A stretch of DNA of 64,000 nt, taken from the NCBI RefSeq assembly GCF_030028105.1, contig NC_092397.1:12539271-12603270 (forward strand), read 5' to 3'. Below are positions 51,850-63,876 of this stretch, piece by piece (position 1 is the stretch's first letter; each line of letters opens with the position of its first letter). The translations under genes and the position numbers were made by a program. The notes beneath the pieces were generated by a model. It saw only the letters and a program-made list of their open reading frames with translations. It did no database searches and was not told the origin of the DNA. This DNA comes from Mobula birostris. Taxonomy: Eukaryota.

Positions 51850-52160
51850 CCACCCTGAACAGACGCTCACCAGCCATAACGGCGACCCGCACCTATCAGG
51901 CAGGGGCGTTACCGCCACCTACTGGAAATGGAGTGCTCCTACCTCCCAAACCTGTTTTGATTAAAAAGGCTCACCCAGGGTCCCCTAACTGTCCCTGGCT
52001 CGGTTGCTAAAGTATCTTGCAACCTAGGCAGCCCGGACCTACCCTTAAATTGCCTAAACAGCTTCCTGCATTCCAACAGGTATCTGCGGCAGACCGCGAT
52101 CACATGTTCCGCCGGTCACTGGCACCGTACAAAAATCACACCACCCGTCCCCATGATTAC
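51850..52160 (-). mobile_element. Nimb/I-group LINE 3' end (CCHC knuckle); a smaller piece lies at ~51385-51500
   Basis: Minus strand GNHGDGWCDFCTVP/EHVIAVCRRY...LIKTGLG and 3' motif cactccatttccagtaggcggtaacgc; second piece NFLIKTGMGDRI*. Confidence 0.55.
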
Positions 52161-52558
52161 CAACAAGCACCTCTACCACCATACCAGGCAGTGCATTCCG
52201 GGCATGTACTTAGGGTGAAAAACTTACCCCTCAGTTCCCCCTCTCACCTTCAATGCATGCCCTCCAGTATTAGACATTTCTACCCTGGGAAACAGACACT
52301 CCCTTGTCTACTCTATCTATGACTCTCATAACCTTATAAACCTCGATCAGCCTCGGACGCTCCCAGAAAACAACCCAAGGTAATCCAGCCTGTCATGACA
52401 GCCCACGCCCTCCTGGTGAACCTCTTCTGCACCCTCTCCAAATCTCAATATCCTTCCTATGGGGGTAGGGGGCCGACCGGAACTATACGCAATACTCCAG
52501 GTGTGAGTTCTACCAAATCAGTCAATCTAACCGGGAGAATATTTTTGTCACAGTTAGA

Positions 52559-53037
52559 AACAGAGAAAACCTATAGCACAATACAGGCCCTTCGGCCCAC
52601 AATACTGTGCCGAACATGTCCTTACCTTAGAAATTACCTAGGGTTACCCATAGCCCTCTATTTTTCTAAGCTCCACATACCTATCCAGGAGCCTCTTAAA
52701 AGACCTTATCATATCTGGCTCCGCCGCTGTCGCCGGCAGCCCATTCCACGCACTCACCACTCTCTGCGTAAAAAAAACATCTCCTCTGTACCTTTTTCCA
52801 AACATCTTAAAACTGTGGCCTCTCGTTCTAGCCATTTCAGCCCTGGGAAAAAACCGCTGACTATCCACACGATCGATGCCTCTCATCATCTTATACACCT
52901 CTATCAGGTCACCTCTCATCCTCCATCGCTCCAAGGAAAAAAGGTCGAGTTCACTCAACCTATTCTCAAAGGCACGCTCCCCAATCCAGGCAACATCCTT
53001 GTAAATCTCCTCTGCACCCTTTCTAGGGTTTCCACAT
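52559..53037 (-). mobile_element. Short CR1 insertion with 8-bp TSD
   Basis: TSD CAGTTAGA at 52551-52558 and 53038-53045; empty sites in paralogous spacers at ~57211 and ~63325. Confidence 0.9.
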
Positions 53038-53580
53038 CAGTTAGACATGAAAGTGCTCATTACCTTAACGTCGACAATATCTTCAACCCCGGTCCTAATG
53101 CCCTTCACCTCCTCATCCCAAACCGTTACCCACGACTCAGTTCTTGCCAAAATCCATTTCATCCTGTCACTGAGCTTCCCGATCTGAACTTACCATCGGC
53201 TGCACTCAGTCACAAACCACCGGCCCCCGTCAGGCTCGTCAGCGGCTACAATATCCAGACCACACTGCGGTTTCATCCCCGAAGGGAAAAGACGCATTCT
53301 TTCCTCTGTCCCCGGCCCACCTGGCTTCACCCGTCGTCTTTGACCTTAACCTCATTCCCACGTCATGATTTTATATTCTGGCCTCTTCCCCTTCCTCTCC
53401 AGCCCTGATGAAGTGTCTCGGCCCGAAACGACGGCTGGTTATTCTTTTCCATAGATGCTGTCTGACCTGCTCAGTTCCTCCGGAATTTTGTATTTCCGTA
53501 GATCATGTCCGACCTGCTCAGTTCCTCTGGCGATTTGCGTGTCTGTGTTGCCTAGTATTTCCACCATTTCTCATGTTTGC

Positions 53581-54400
53581 GGAGGGGAGTAGTTGAGGAG
53601 GGGGAGGGGGAGTGGGAGTGGGTGAGGACGGCGAGAGGGAGGGAGGAGGGGATGTGGGAGAGAGGGAAGGGGAGGTGTGTGGGGGCGAGAAGGAGGAGGG
53701 GAGGGAGGGAAGTGAGGTGGGGTTGGGAGGAGGGTGGTAGGAAGAAGGAGGAGGGGATGTTGGAGAGGGTGAGGGAGAGGTGTGTGGGGGAGAGGAGGGA
53801 GGGAAGTGAGGTGCGGTGGGAGGGAAGTGAGGTCGGGGTGGGATGAGTGTGGTGGGAAAAGGGAGGAGGGGAAGAGCGAGGACGGGGGAGGGAGGAGGGG
53901 AGGAGTTTTGGGGTGGTGGATGAAGGGAGATGGGAGGAAGGTGAGAGGGAGATGGGGAAGGAGGTGGGGTTGGGCTGGCGGAGAGAGGTGAGCAGTGGGG
54001 AGGCCGTGGGTGGCGGAGTTGGGGGAGGGAGGTGTAGGGGTGGGGAGAGAGTTGGTAGGAGTGGTGGGGTGGTGGAATGAATTTGGGGAAGTGGGGTGTG
54101 GTGAGGGAATGGGGGAGAGAGATCGGGGTAGGAGAGGGCAGAGGGGTGGGATGGAAGTAGAGTTTGTAGAGGTGAGGAGTGGGGGCGGATTGGGTTGTGG
54201 TTGAGGTGTAGAGATTGTGGAGACGGGTGGAGAAGTAGGGGTGTATGGGGGGCAGGTGAGGATTAGTGAGGGGGTGGGTTTGGGTGTATGGAAGAGGGGA
54301 AGGGGGGTTTGGGGAGGAAAGGGCAGAAAGATGGGAAGGAAGGTTGGGTGCTGTGGGGAGGAGTGAGAGAGGAGGAGCTAGGGAGTAGGAAAATTGTTGG
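53581..54400 (+). repeat. G-rich polypurine tract (intron 1 of unit B, exon 1 absent)
   Basis: Same composition as the tracts following exon 1 in units A and C. Confidence 0.85.
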
Positions 54401-54439
54401 AGTGGGTGAAGACATTGACGGATGTGGATCAACGCTATA

Positions 54440-55715
54440 AGAGATATAACGAGCGCAGTGGATAGAGGGGAACAGATGGACGTTATCTACTTGGATTTCT
54501 AGAAGACGTTCGATAAAATGCCGCATAAACGACTTAGCCATAGATAAAGATGCATAGAGTTGGGGTGATGTATTAGCATGGATAAACGATTGGTTAACCA
54601 ATGGAAAGCAGAGAGTTGGCATACATGGGCGTTTCTCTGGTTGGCAATCAGTGGTGAGCGGTGACACACATTAACAATCTGGAAGAGGGGACCAAGTGTA
54701 GTGTATCTAATTTTGTTGATTAGTACTAAATTGAGTGCAGAATATACGGAGGGTCTGCAGAGAGATATAGGTAGGTTAGGTGAGTGGGCAAGTGTCTCTC
54801 AGATGGAGTACAATGTTGGTAAATGCGAGGTCATTCTCTTTAGAAGGAAAATAGAACAGCAGATTATTATTTAAATGGTAAAAGATTGCAGCATGCTGAT
54901 GTGACTGGGGACTCGGGAGTGCTTGTGCATGAATCACAGAAGGTTGGTTTGCAGGTACAGCAGGCTATCAAGAAGGCAAATGGGACAAAACATAGAACAT
55001 AGAATAGTACAGCACAGTACAGGCCCTTCGGCCCACAATGTTGTGCCAACCCTCAAACCCTGCCTCCTATATAAGCCCCCACCTCTGCTCCATTCCTCCA
55101 CTGCTAGAAGGATTGAATTTAAGAGCAGGGAGGTTATGCTGCAACTGTACAGGGTACTGGTGAGGCTGCACCTGGAGTACTGCGTGCAGTTCTGGTCTGC
55201 TTGCTTGAGGAAGGATCTATTGGCTTTGGAGACGGTGCAGAGGAGGTTCACCAGGTTGATTCCAGAGATGAGGGGGTTAGACTATGAGGAGAGATTGAAT
55301 CGCCTGGGACTGTACTCGCTGGAATTCAGAAAAATGAGAGGAAATCTTATAGAAACATAAAATTATGGAAGAGATAGAGGCAGGAAAGTTCTTTCCACTG
55401 CTAGGTGAGACTAGAATTAGGGGACATAGCCTCAAGATTTAGGACAGTAGATTTGGGACTGAGATGAGGAGGAATTGTTTTGCCCAGAGGATGGTGAATC
55501 TGTGGAATTCTCTGCCCAATGAAGCAGTGGAGGCTACGTCAGTAAATATATTTAAGACAAGGTTGGATAGATTTTCGCACAGTAGGGGAATTAAGGGTTA
55601 TGGGGAAAAGGCAGGTGGGTGGAGATGAGTCCATGGCCAGATCAGTCATGATCTTATTGAATGGCGGAGCAGGCTCGACGGGCCGGATGGCCGACTCCTG
55701 CTCCTGTTTCTTATA
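54440..55715 (+). mobile_element. CR1 RT/3' fragment with a nested ~95-bp CR1 tail (54989-55083, -)
   Basis: [18 protein letters not shown]; the nested piece matches the tail at 44429. Confidence 0.85.
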
Positions 55716-55831
55716 ACCAGCAGAGTGTAGGTGGTGGGTGTGTGCAGATGAGTGACCACGCCTGGCTCGATACATACAGACACCCTGTAGAGATGTTTTG
55801 AGGCCTTTCTGACTGTAGGGTGCTCTTGCAG

Positions 55832-55942
55832 GTGGTGTCGGGGCTCATGTACCATCTCACCCTGGAGCTGAGAACCACCGTCTGCAGGAAGAGTTCTGTT
55901 TCCCGCAACTGTCCCTTCCACAAGAATCCTCGGTATGCCAAG
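55832..55942 (+). CDS. Type-2 cystatin exon 2, unit B (VVSGLMYHLTLELRTTVCRKSSVSRNCPFHKNPRYAK)
   Basis: Acceptor ttgcag; completes QVVSG; first Cys pair; donor AAG|gtgagc. Confidence 0.93.
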
Positions 55943-56086
55943 GTGAGCAATCAGTGCACTGGTGGTCTCGGAAGAGAGGGGCGGGGGTCCTGTCCCCAGG
56001 GACACTGGAACCTGGTGGGGGTTCATGAATCTGCCGGGGTACCGGCGGGAAACTCTTTTAATACTGGCTTCTGCTTTTCCCCGCAG

Positions 56087-56176
56087 ACAATGACCTGTAG
56101 ATTTAAAGTCTGGGATCGCCCGTGGGTCGGACCAATGCAGATGTTCGAACAGCGTTGCTCCAGGACGGCAAAGTGA
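56087..56176 (+). CDS. Type-2 cystatin exon 3, unit B (TMTCRFKVWDRPWVGPMQMFEQRCSRTAK*)
   Basis: Acceptor ccgcag; PW motif; second Cys pair; TGA stop. Confidence 0.93.
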   Translation, partial: TMTCRFKVWDRPWVGPMQMFEQRCSRTAK

Positions 56177-56574
56177 CCGGTCTGTCGGACCCCGGCGGCA
56201 CACAACGTGGCGCGCACCGCTCAGCTAAAGCAATACTTCTGATGACCAGGTCAAATGGATACGAATACAGCACTTTACCACGGCCCGGGGCGCCTCGTAA
56301 TGCAATCTCTGCAACGCATACAGACAAACGAGCGTGTGTATACACTCGCTCACTAATATACATTCCCCAGGCTACTATCTCTCTCTCTCTTTTACACGCC
56401 ATCTTTGAGTTGGAACTCGTCATAGACATCGAGGGGCCAAATAACCCGCTCCTGTGCCAGACCGCTGTACGTTCTGTGCTCAATAGTATTTGGGTTCCAA
56501 CTCGCGGGCTGACCAGTTATTACCATAATTGTATACTGTAATTAATCTGCTAATGTATATTTTTATTCTTGCGC

Positions 56575-56580
56575 AATAAA
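56575..56580 (+). terminator. Cystatin polyadenylation signal
   Basis: AATAAA ~400 nt after the stop, followed by GT-rich sequence. Confidence 0.7.
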
Positions 56581-57584
56581 GTTTTTGCATTCTGAGTCTG
56601 CCTGTGTTTGCAATGTTAACAGGGTAACTCAGTGAATTGGGTCGACCCAGCACTGACCACCACGGACTATAGTGCGCTCAGCGATCGTGTTTACACCCAG
56701 CATCTCGATAGGAGCGACGGGTAATTCGTCGTGTGAGTGGTGTAATTTCAAATGTGGCGGGTGGGTGTAAGACCAGAGGACTCGGCCTCAGAATAGAGGG
56801 CCGTCCTTTTAGGAGGGAGAGGAGTAATTTCTTCAGCCAGAGAGTGGTGAATCTGTGGAATTCGTTGCCACAAGCAAGCCTTCAATTACGTTTAAGACAG
56901 AGATTGATAGATTCTCGACTGGTCAGGGTATGAAGTAACACGGGGAGAAGGCAGGAGATTGGGGACCGGGAGGGAAAATGATGAAATGGCGGAGGAGATT
57001 CGACAGGCTAAATGGCCTAATTCTGCCTTTATATCTCACGGCCTTATAAAGTGCTTTCATCATGGAAACTGTACCGTTTCACGTTCTAATCAGGAACACT
57101 CTCCAGAGCCTCAACGTCCTTCCTCTCGTGGGAGGACCAGAACTATACGCAATACTCCAGATCTGAGTTTTATGAAGTCTGTCAATCTAACCGGGCGAAG
57201 ACTTTTGTCACAGTCAGACATGAAAGTGTTCATTGCCCTAACGTCGACAAAATCTCCAACCCCAGTCCTAATGCCCTTCACCTCCTCATCCCAACCCGTT
57301 ACCCACGACTCAGTTCTTGCCAAAATCCATTTCATCCTGTCACTTCGCTTCCCGATCTGAACTTACCATCGGCTGCACTCAGTCACAAACCACCGGCCCC
57401 CGTCAGGCTCGTCGTCAGCGGCGATGATATCCAGACCACACTGCGGTTTCATCCCCGAAAGGAAAAGACGCATTCTTTCCTCTGTCCCCGGCCCACCTTG
57501 CTTCACCTGTCGCCTTTGATCTTATCCTCATTCCCACATCATGTTTTTATATTCTGGCCCCTTCCCTTCCTCTCCAGCCCTGAA

Positions 57585-60500
57585 ACATAGAAACATAGAA
57601 AATAGGTGCAGGAGTAGGCCATTCCGCCATTCGAGCCTGCACCGCCATTCAGTATGATCATGGCTGATCGTCCAACTCAGAACCCTATACCTGCCTTCCC
57701 TCCATACCCCCGATCCCTTTAGCCACAAGGGCCATATCTAACTCCCTCTTAAATATAGCCAATGAACTGGCCTCAATTGTTTCCTGTGGCAGAGAATTCC
57801 ACAGATTCACCACTCTCTGTGTGAAGAAGTTTTTCCTCATCTCGGTCCTAAAAGGCTTCTCCTTTATCCTCAAACTGTGACCCCTCGTTCTGGACTTCCC
57901 CAACATCAGGAACAATCTTCCTGCATCTAGCCTGTCCAATCCCTTTAGAATTTTATACGTTTCAATAAGATCCCCCGTTCAATCTTCTAAATTCCAGAGA
58001 GTATAATCCTAGTCAATCCAGTCTGTCATCATAAGAAAGTCCTGCCATCCCAGGAATCAATCTGGTGAACCTTCTTTGTACTCCCTCTATGGCAAGAATG
58101 TCTTTCCTCAGATTAGGGGACCACAACTGCACACAATACTCCAGGTGTGGTCTCACCAAGGCCTTGTACAACTGCAGTAGTACCTCCCTGCTCCTGTACT
58201 CGAATCTTCTTGCTATGAATGCCAGCATACCATTCGCCTTTTTCACCGCCTGCTGTACCTGCATGCCCACTTTCAATGACTGGTGTATAATGACACCCAG
58301 GTCCCGTTGCACCTCCCCTTTTCCTAATCGGCCACCATTCAGATAATAATCTGTTTTCCTGTTTTTGCCACCAAAGTGGATAACCTCACATTTATCCACA
58401 TTAAATTGCATCTGCCATGAATTTGCCCACTCACTTAACTTATCCAAGTCACCTTGCATTCTCTTAGCATCCTCCTCACGGCTAACACTGCCACCCAGCT
58501 TCGTGTCATCCGCAAACTTGGAGATGTCGTATTTAATTCCCTCGTCTAAGTCATTAATATATATTGTAATCAACTGGGGTCCCAGCACTGAGCCTTGTGG
58601 TACCCCACTAGTCACTGCCTGCCATTCTGAAAACATCCCGTTTATTCCCACTCTTTGCTTCCTGTCTGTCAGGCAATTCTCTATCCACATCAATACCATA
58701 CCCCCAATACTGTGTGCTTTAAGTTTGCACACTAAACTCCTGTGTGGGACCTTGTCAAAAGCCTTTTGAAAATCCAAATATACCACATCCACTGGTTCTC
58801 CCCTATCCACTCTACTAGTTACATCCTCAAAAAATTCTATGAGATTCGTCAGACATGATTTTCCTTTCACAAATCCATGCTGACTTTGTCCAATGATTTC
58901 ACCGCTTTCCAAATGTGCTGTTATCACATCTTTGATAACTGACTCCAGCATTTTCCCCACCACCGATGTTAGGTTAACTGGTCTATAACTCCCCGGTTTC
59001 TCTCCCCATCCTTTTTTAAAAAGCGCGGTACATTAGCCACCCTCCAATCCTCAGGATCTAGTCCAGAATCTAAAGAGTTTTGAAAAATTATCACTAATGC
59101 ATCCACTATTTCTTGGGCTACTTCCTTAAGCACTCTGGGATGCAGACCATCTGGCCCTGGAGATTTATCTGCCTTTAATCCCTTCAATTTACCTAACACC
59201 ACTTTCCTACTAACATGTTTATCCCTCAGTTCCTCCATCTCACTAGACCCTCGGTCCCCTACTATTTCCGGAAGATTATTTATGTCCTCCTTAGTGAAGA
59301 CAGAACCAAAGTAGTTATTCAATTGGTCTGCCATGTCCTTGTTCCCCATGATCAATTCACCTGTTTCTGACTGTAAGGGACCTTAACCAATCTTCTTCTT
59401 TTCACATATCTATAAAAGCTTTGACAGTTAGATTTTATGTTCCCTGCCAGCTTTCTCTCATAATCTTTTTTCCCCTTCCTAATTAAGCCCTTTGTCCTCC
59501 TCTGCTGAACTCTGAATTTCTCCCAGTCCTCAGGTGTGCCACTTTTTCTGGCTAATTTGTATGCTTCTGCTTTGGAATTGATACTATCCCTAATTTCCCT
59601 TGTCAGCCAAGGATGCACTACCTTCCCTGCTTTATTCCTTTGCCAAACTGGGATGAACAATTGTTGTAGTTCATCCATGCGATCTTTAAATGCTTGCCAT
59701 TGCATATCCACCATCTACCCTTTAAGTATCATTTGCCAGTCTCTCTTAGCTAATTCACGTTTCATACCTTCAAAGTTACCCTTCTTTAAGTTCAGAATCT
59801 TTGTTTCTGAATTAACTATGTCACTCTCCATCTTAATGAAGAATTCCACCATATTATTGTCACTCTTACCCAAGGGGCCTCACACGACAAGATTACTAAC
59901 TAATCCTTCCTCATTGCTCAATACCCAGTCTAGAATGGCCTGCTCTCTAATTGGTTCCTCAACATGTTTGTTCAGAAAACCATCCTGCATACATTCCAAG
60001 AAATCCTCTTCCTCAGCACCCTTACCAATTTGGTTCATCCAATCTATAGGTAGATTGAAGTCACCCATTATAACTGCTGTTCCTTTATTGCACGCATTTC
60101 TAATTTCCTGTTTAATGCCATCCCCAACCTCACTACTACTGTTAAGTGGCCTGTACACAACTCCCACCAGCGTATTACTTCCCCTTAGTGTTATGCAGCT
60201 CTACCCATATCGATTCCACATCCTCCCGGCTAATGTTCTTCCTTTCTATTGCGTTAATCTCCTCTCTAACCAGCAATGCTACTCCAGCACCTTTTCTTTC
60301 ATGTCTATCCCCCCTGAATATTGAATATCCCTGAATGTTGAGCTCCCGTCCTTGGTCACCCTGGAGCCATGTCTCTGTGATGCCAACTATATCATATTCA
60401 TTAATAACTATCTGCACTTTCAATTCATCCACGTTGTTGCGAATGCTCCTTGCATTGACACACAAAGCCTTCAGGCTTGTTTTTACAACACTCTTAGCCC

Positions 60501-61137
60501 TTATACAATTATGTTGAAAAGTGGCCCTTTTTGATTTTTGCCCTGGATTTGCCAGCCTGCCATTTTTACTTTTTACCTTACTACTTTTTGCTTCTACCCT
60601 CAATTTACACCCCTCTGTCTCTCTGCACTTGACCCCATCCCCCTGCCACATTAGCAAACGCTCCCCGTAGGACATTGGTTCCAGTCCGGCCCAGGTGCGG
60701 ATCGTCCTGTTTGTACCGGTCCCACCTCCTCCAGAACTGGTTCCAATGCCCCAGAAATTTGAATCCCTCCCCCTTGCACCATTTTTCAAGCCACGTATTC
60801 ATCTGAAATATCCTCCTAGTTCTACTCTGACTAGCACGTGGCACTGGTAGTAATCCAGAGATTATTACCTTTGTGGTCCTACTTTTTAGTTTATCTCCTA
60901 ACTCCCTAAATTCACCTTGTAGGATCTCAACCCGTTTTTTTACCTATATCGTTGATACCCATGTGCACCACGACCACTGGCTGTTCACCCTCCCACTCCA
61001 GAATGTCCTGCAGCCGCTCAGAAACATCCTTCACCCTTGTACCGGGGAGGTAACATACCCTCCTGGAGTCTCGTTTGCGGCCGCAGAAACGCCTGTCTAT
61101 TCCCCTTACAATCGAATCCCCTGTCACTATAGCAAAG
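57585..61137 (-). mobile_element. Near full-length CR1 LINE (ORF1 SGNH-esterase part plus ORF2 EN/RT) with several frameshifts
   Basis: AIVTGDSIVRG..VVHMGINDIG (ORF1), VNARSI..GITETW and MGDFN (EN), [11 protein letters not shown] and FADDTK (RT); possible TSD TGAA; splits a hammerhead remnant. Confidence 0.96.
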
Positions 61138-61310
61138 TGAAGAAGTGACTCAGCCCGGAACGACGGCTGTTTATTCCTTTCCATAAATTCTATCCGACCT
61201 GCTCAGTTCCTCCAGAATTTTGCGTGCCTGTGCTGCTTGGTATTTCCTCTGTTTCTCATGTTTGCAATTATCGGACCGGGGCAAGAAGAAGGGGGAATTT
61301 GTAGGTTTTC

Positions 61311-61414
61311 CGCCCCACAGAAAGATGGCGGCCGCAGTGCGGGGCGGAAGTGACGACGTTGGGGAGCCGAAGGAAATAACGCCCCAGTCTGTAAACATTT
61401 ACTAACTTGTGAAG
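61311..61414 (+). promoter_or_regulatory. Cystatin unit C promoter
   Basis: AAGATGGCGGC (YY1), GGGGCGG (GC box), CGGAAGTG (ETS). Confidence 0.7.
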
Positions 61415-62964
61415 ATGGCGGGTTTGGGGCTGCGGGCTCTGCTGTTGGGATTAATGTTGATGTTGGGGGTGGAAGCTGTAAAGCTGGGCGGCCTCAGCCC
61501 CGTGCCCACAGATGACCCCGGGGTGCTGAACGCCACCCGGGTGGCGGAGGAGGACTTTAACCGCAGATCCAACGACTTGTTTCACACCGCGGTGTCGAAT
61601 GTGATATCGGCCCAAACACAGGTGATGGGGAGGGAGGGGGAAGGGGTGCTTAGGGAGGGATGGGGAAGGGGTGGGTAGGGGGGAAGGGGTGGGTAGGGAG
61701 GGAGGGGGAAGGGGTGGGTAGGGAGGGAGGGGGAAGGGGTGGGTAGGGGGGAAGGGGTGGGTAGGGAGGGAGGGGGAAGGGGTGGGTAGGGAGGGAGGGG
61801 GAAGGGGTGGGTAGGGAGGGATGGGGAAGGGGTGGGAGGCGAGGCGGGAAAGGGGTGGGGAGGGGGTGGGGAGGGGGTGGGGAGGGAGGGGGAGGGGGTG
61901 GGGAGGGAGGGGGAAGGGGTGGGTGGGAGGGATAGGGAAGGGGTGGGTAGGGAGGGAGGGGGAAGGGGTGGGTAGGGAGGGATGGGGAAGGGGTGGGAGG
62001 CGAGGCGGGAAAGGGGTGGGGAGGGGGTGGGGAGGGGGTGGGGAGGGAGGGGGAGGGGGTGGGGAGGGAGGGGGAAGGGGTGGGTGGGAGGGATAGGGAA
62101 GGGGTGGGTAGGGAGGGATGGGGAAGGGGTGGGTAGGGAGGGATGGGGAAGGGGTGGGTAGGGAGGCGAGGGGGAAGGGATGGGTAGGGAGGGAGGGGGT
62201 AGGGGTGGGGAGGGAGGGAGGGGGTAGGGGTGGGGTGGGGAGGGAGGGGGAAGGGGTGGGTGGGGAGGAGAGGGGGAAGGGTGGGTGGGGAGGGATGGGG
62301 AAGGGGTGGGTAGGGAGGTGAGGGGGAAGGGGTGGGTAGGGAGGGAGGGGGTAGGGGTGGGTGAGGACGGGCGGGGGAAGGGGTGGGTGGGGAGGGGGAG
62401 GGAAGGGACGCAGTGGGGAGGGATGGGGAAGGGGAGGGGAGGGTGTGAGGGTGGATGAATACAGAGCTCTGGTGGAGGACTTTGTCTTATTAATGTTGAG
62501 CTGCAGATGATTCAAATCACATCATTGAACAAAGGGGATGGCGATGGAGTTTAGGATGGGGAGGGATTTACGATGAGGAGGGGGAGGTTTTTGGGTGAGG
62601 AGGAGGGGGGTAGGGTGGGGAGAGGAGGTGATAGTGTGGGCAGGGGAGGAGGGGGTCGAGAGGGGAGCGGGGTTAGGGTGGGGAGGGGAAGTGGGGGGAG
62701 GAGAGGGAGAGAATACGGAGAGGGGGCTTGTGGAGTGTGAGGTGAGGAAGGGATGGGAAGGAAGGGGAAGTGCTGAGGAGTGGAGGGTCGAGTAGGGCCG
62801 AGGGAGGGTAAGTTTGCAGGAGGTGAGGAGCAGAGCGCCAGTGTGGGGGAATTCCCCGAAGCCCAGTGAAAGTAGTTTTTCAATCGCTGTGCCTCTGACC
62901 CTTGCAGGTGGTGACGGGGCTAATGTACCACCTCTCCCTGGCGCTGAGAACCAGAGAGTGGTGA
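61415..62964 (+). pseudogene. Cystatin unit C: intact exon 1 (61415-61621) plus truncated exon 2 (62908-62964)
   Basis: MAGLGLRALLLGLMLMLGVEAVKLGGL...FNRRSNDLFHTAVSNVISAQTQ|VVTGLMYHLSLALRT then REW* from fused downstream sequence; no Cys and no PW. Confidence 0.88.
61622..62830 (+). repeat. G-rich minisatellite, ~25-bp unit GGGAAGGGGTGGGTAGGGAGGGAGG
   Basis: Period 25 at 61681/61706/61731; at least four G3 runs per unit. Confidence 0.92.
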
Positions 62965-63876
62965 ATCTGTGGAATTCGTTGCCACAAGCAAGCCTTCAAG
63001 TACATTTAAGACAGAGATTGATAGATTCTCGACTGGTCAGGGTATGAACTAACACGGGAAGAAGGCAGGAGATTGAGGGCTGGGAGGGAAAATGATGAAA
63101 TGGCGGAGTAGATTCGACGGCCCAAATGGCCTAATTCTGCCGTTATATATCACGGCCTTATAAAGTGTATTCATCATGAAAAATGTACCGTTTCACGTTC
63201 TAATCAGGAACACTCTCCAGAGCCTCAACGTCCTTCCTCTCGTGGGGCGACCAGAACTATACGCAATACTCCAGATCTGAGTTTTATGAAGTCTGTCAAT
63301 CTAACCGGGTGAAGACTTTTCTCACAGTCAGACATGAAAGTGTTCATTACCTTAAGGTCGACAAAATCTCCAACCCCGGTCCTAATGCCCTTCACCTCCT
63401 CATCCCAACCCGTTACCCACGACTCAGTTCTTGCCAAAATCCATTTCATCCTGTCACTTCGCTTCCCGATCTGAACTTACCATCGGCTGCACTCAGTCAC
63501 AAACCACCGGCCCCCGTCAGGCTCGTCGTCAGCGGCGACGATATCCACACCACACTGCGGTTTCATCCCAGAAGGGAAAAGACGCATTCTTTCCTCTGCC
63601 CCCGGCCCACCTGGCTTCACCTGTCACGTTTGATCTTATCCTCATTCCCACATCGTGTTTTTATATGCTGCCCTCTTCCCCTTCCTCTCCAGCCCTGATG
63701 AAGCGACTCAGCCCGAAACGACAGCTGTTTATTCCTTTCCATAGATGCTGTCTGCACTGCTCAGTTCCTCCTGAATTCTGCGTGCCTCTGTTGCTTAGTA
63801 TTTCCTCTATTTCTCATGTTTGCAATTATAGGACTGTGGTAAAATGATGTGGGAATTTGCTGGTCTGGGGCGAATG

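Noticed and set aside
52395-53408. 337-aa plus-strand ORF
   Set aside because: Spans an antisense CR1 insertion and spacer; not preserved in the paralogous spacers
57585-61137. Autonomous active CR1 (also 24125-27485)
   Set aside because: 5'-truncated within ORF1, and ORF2 is broken by multiple frameshifts or stops
61451-62515. Pro-rich extensin/formin-like ORFs (also 33074-34166 and 53518-54432)
   Set aside because: Translations of the C-rich strand of low-complexity G tracts
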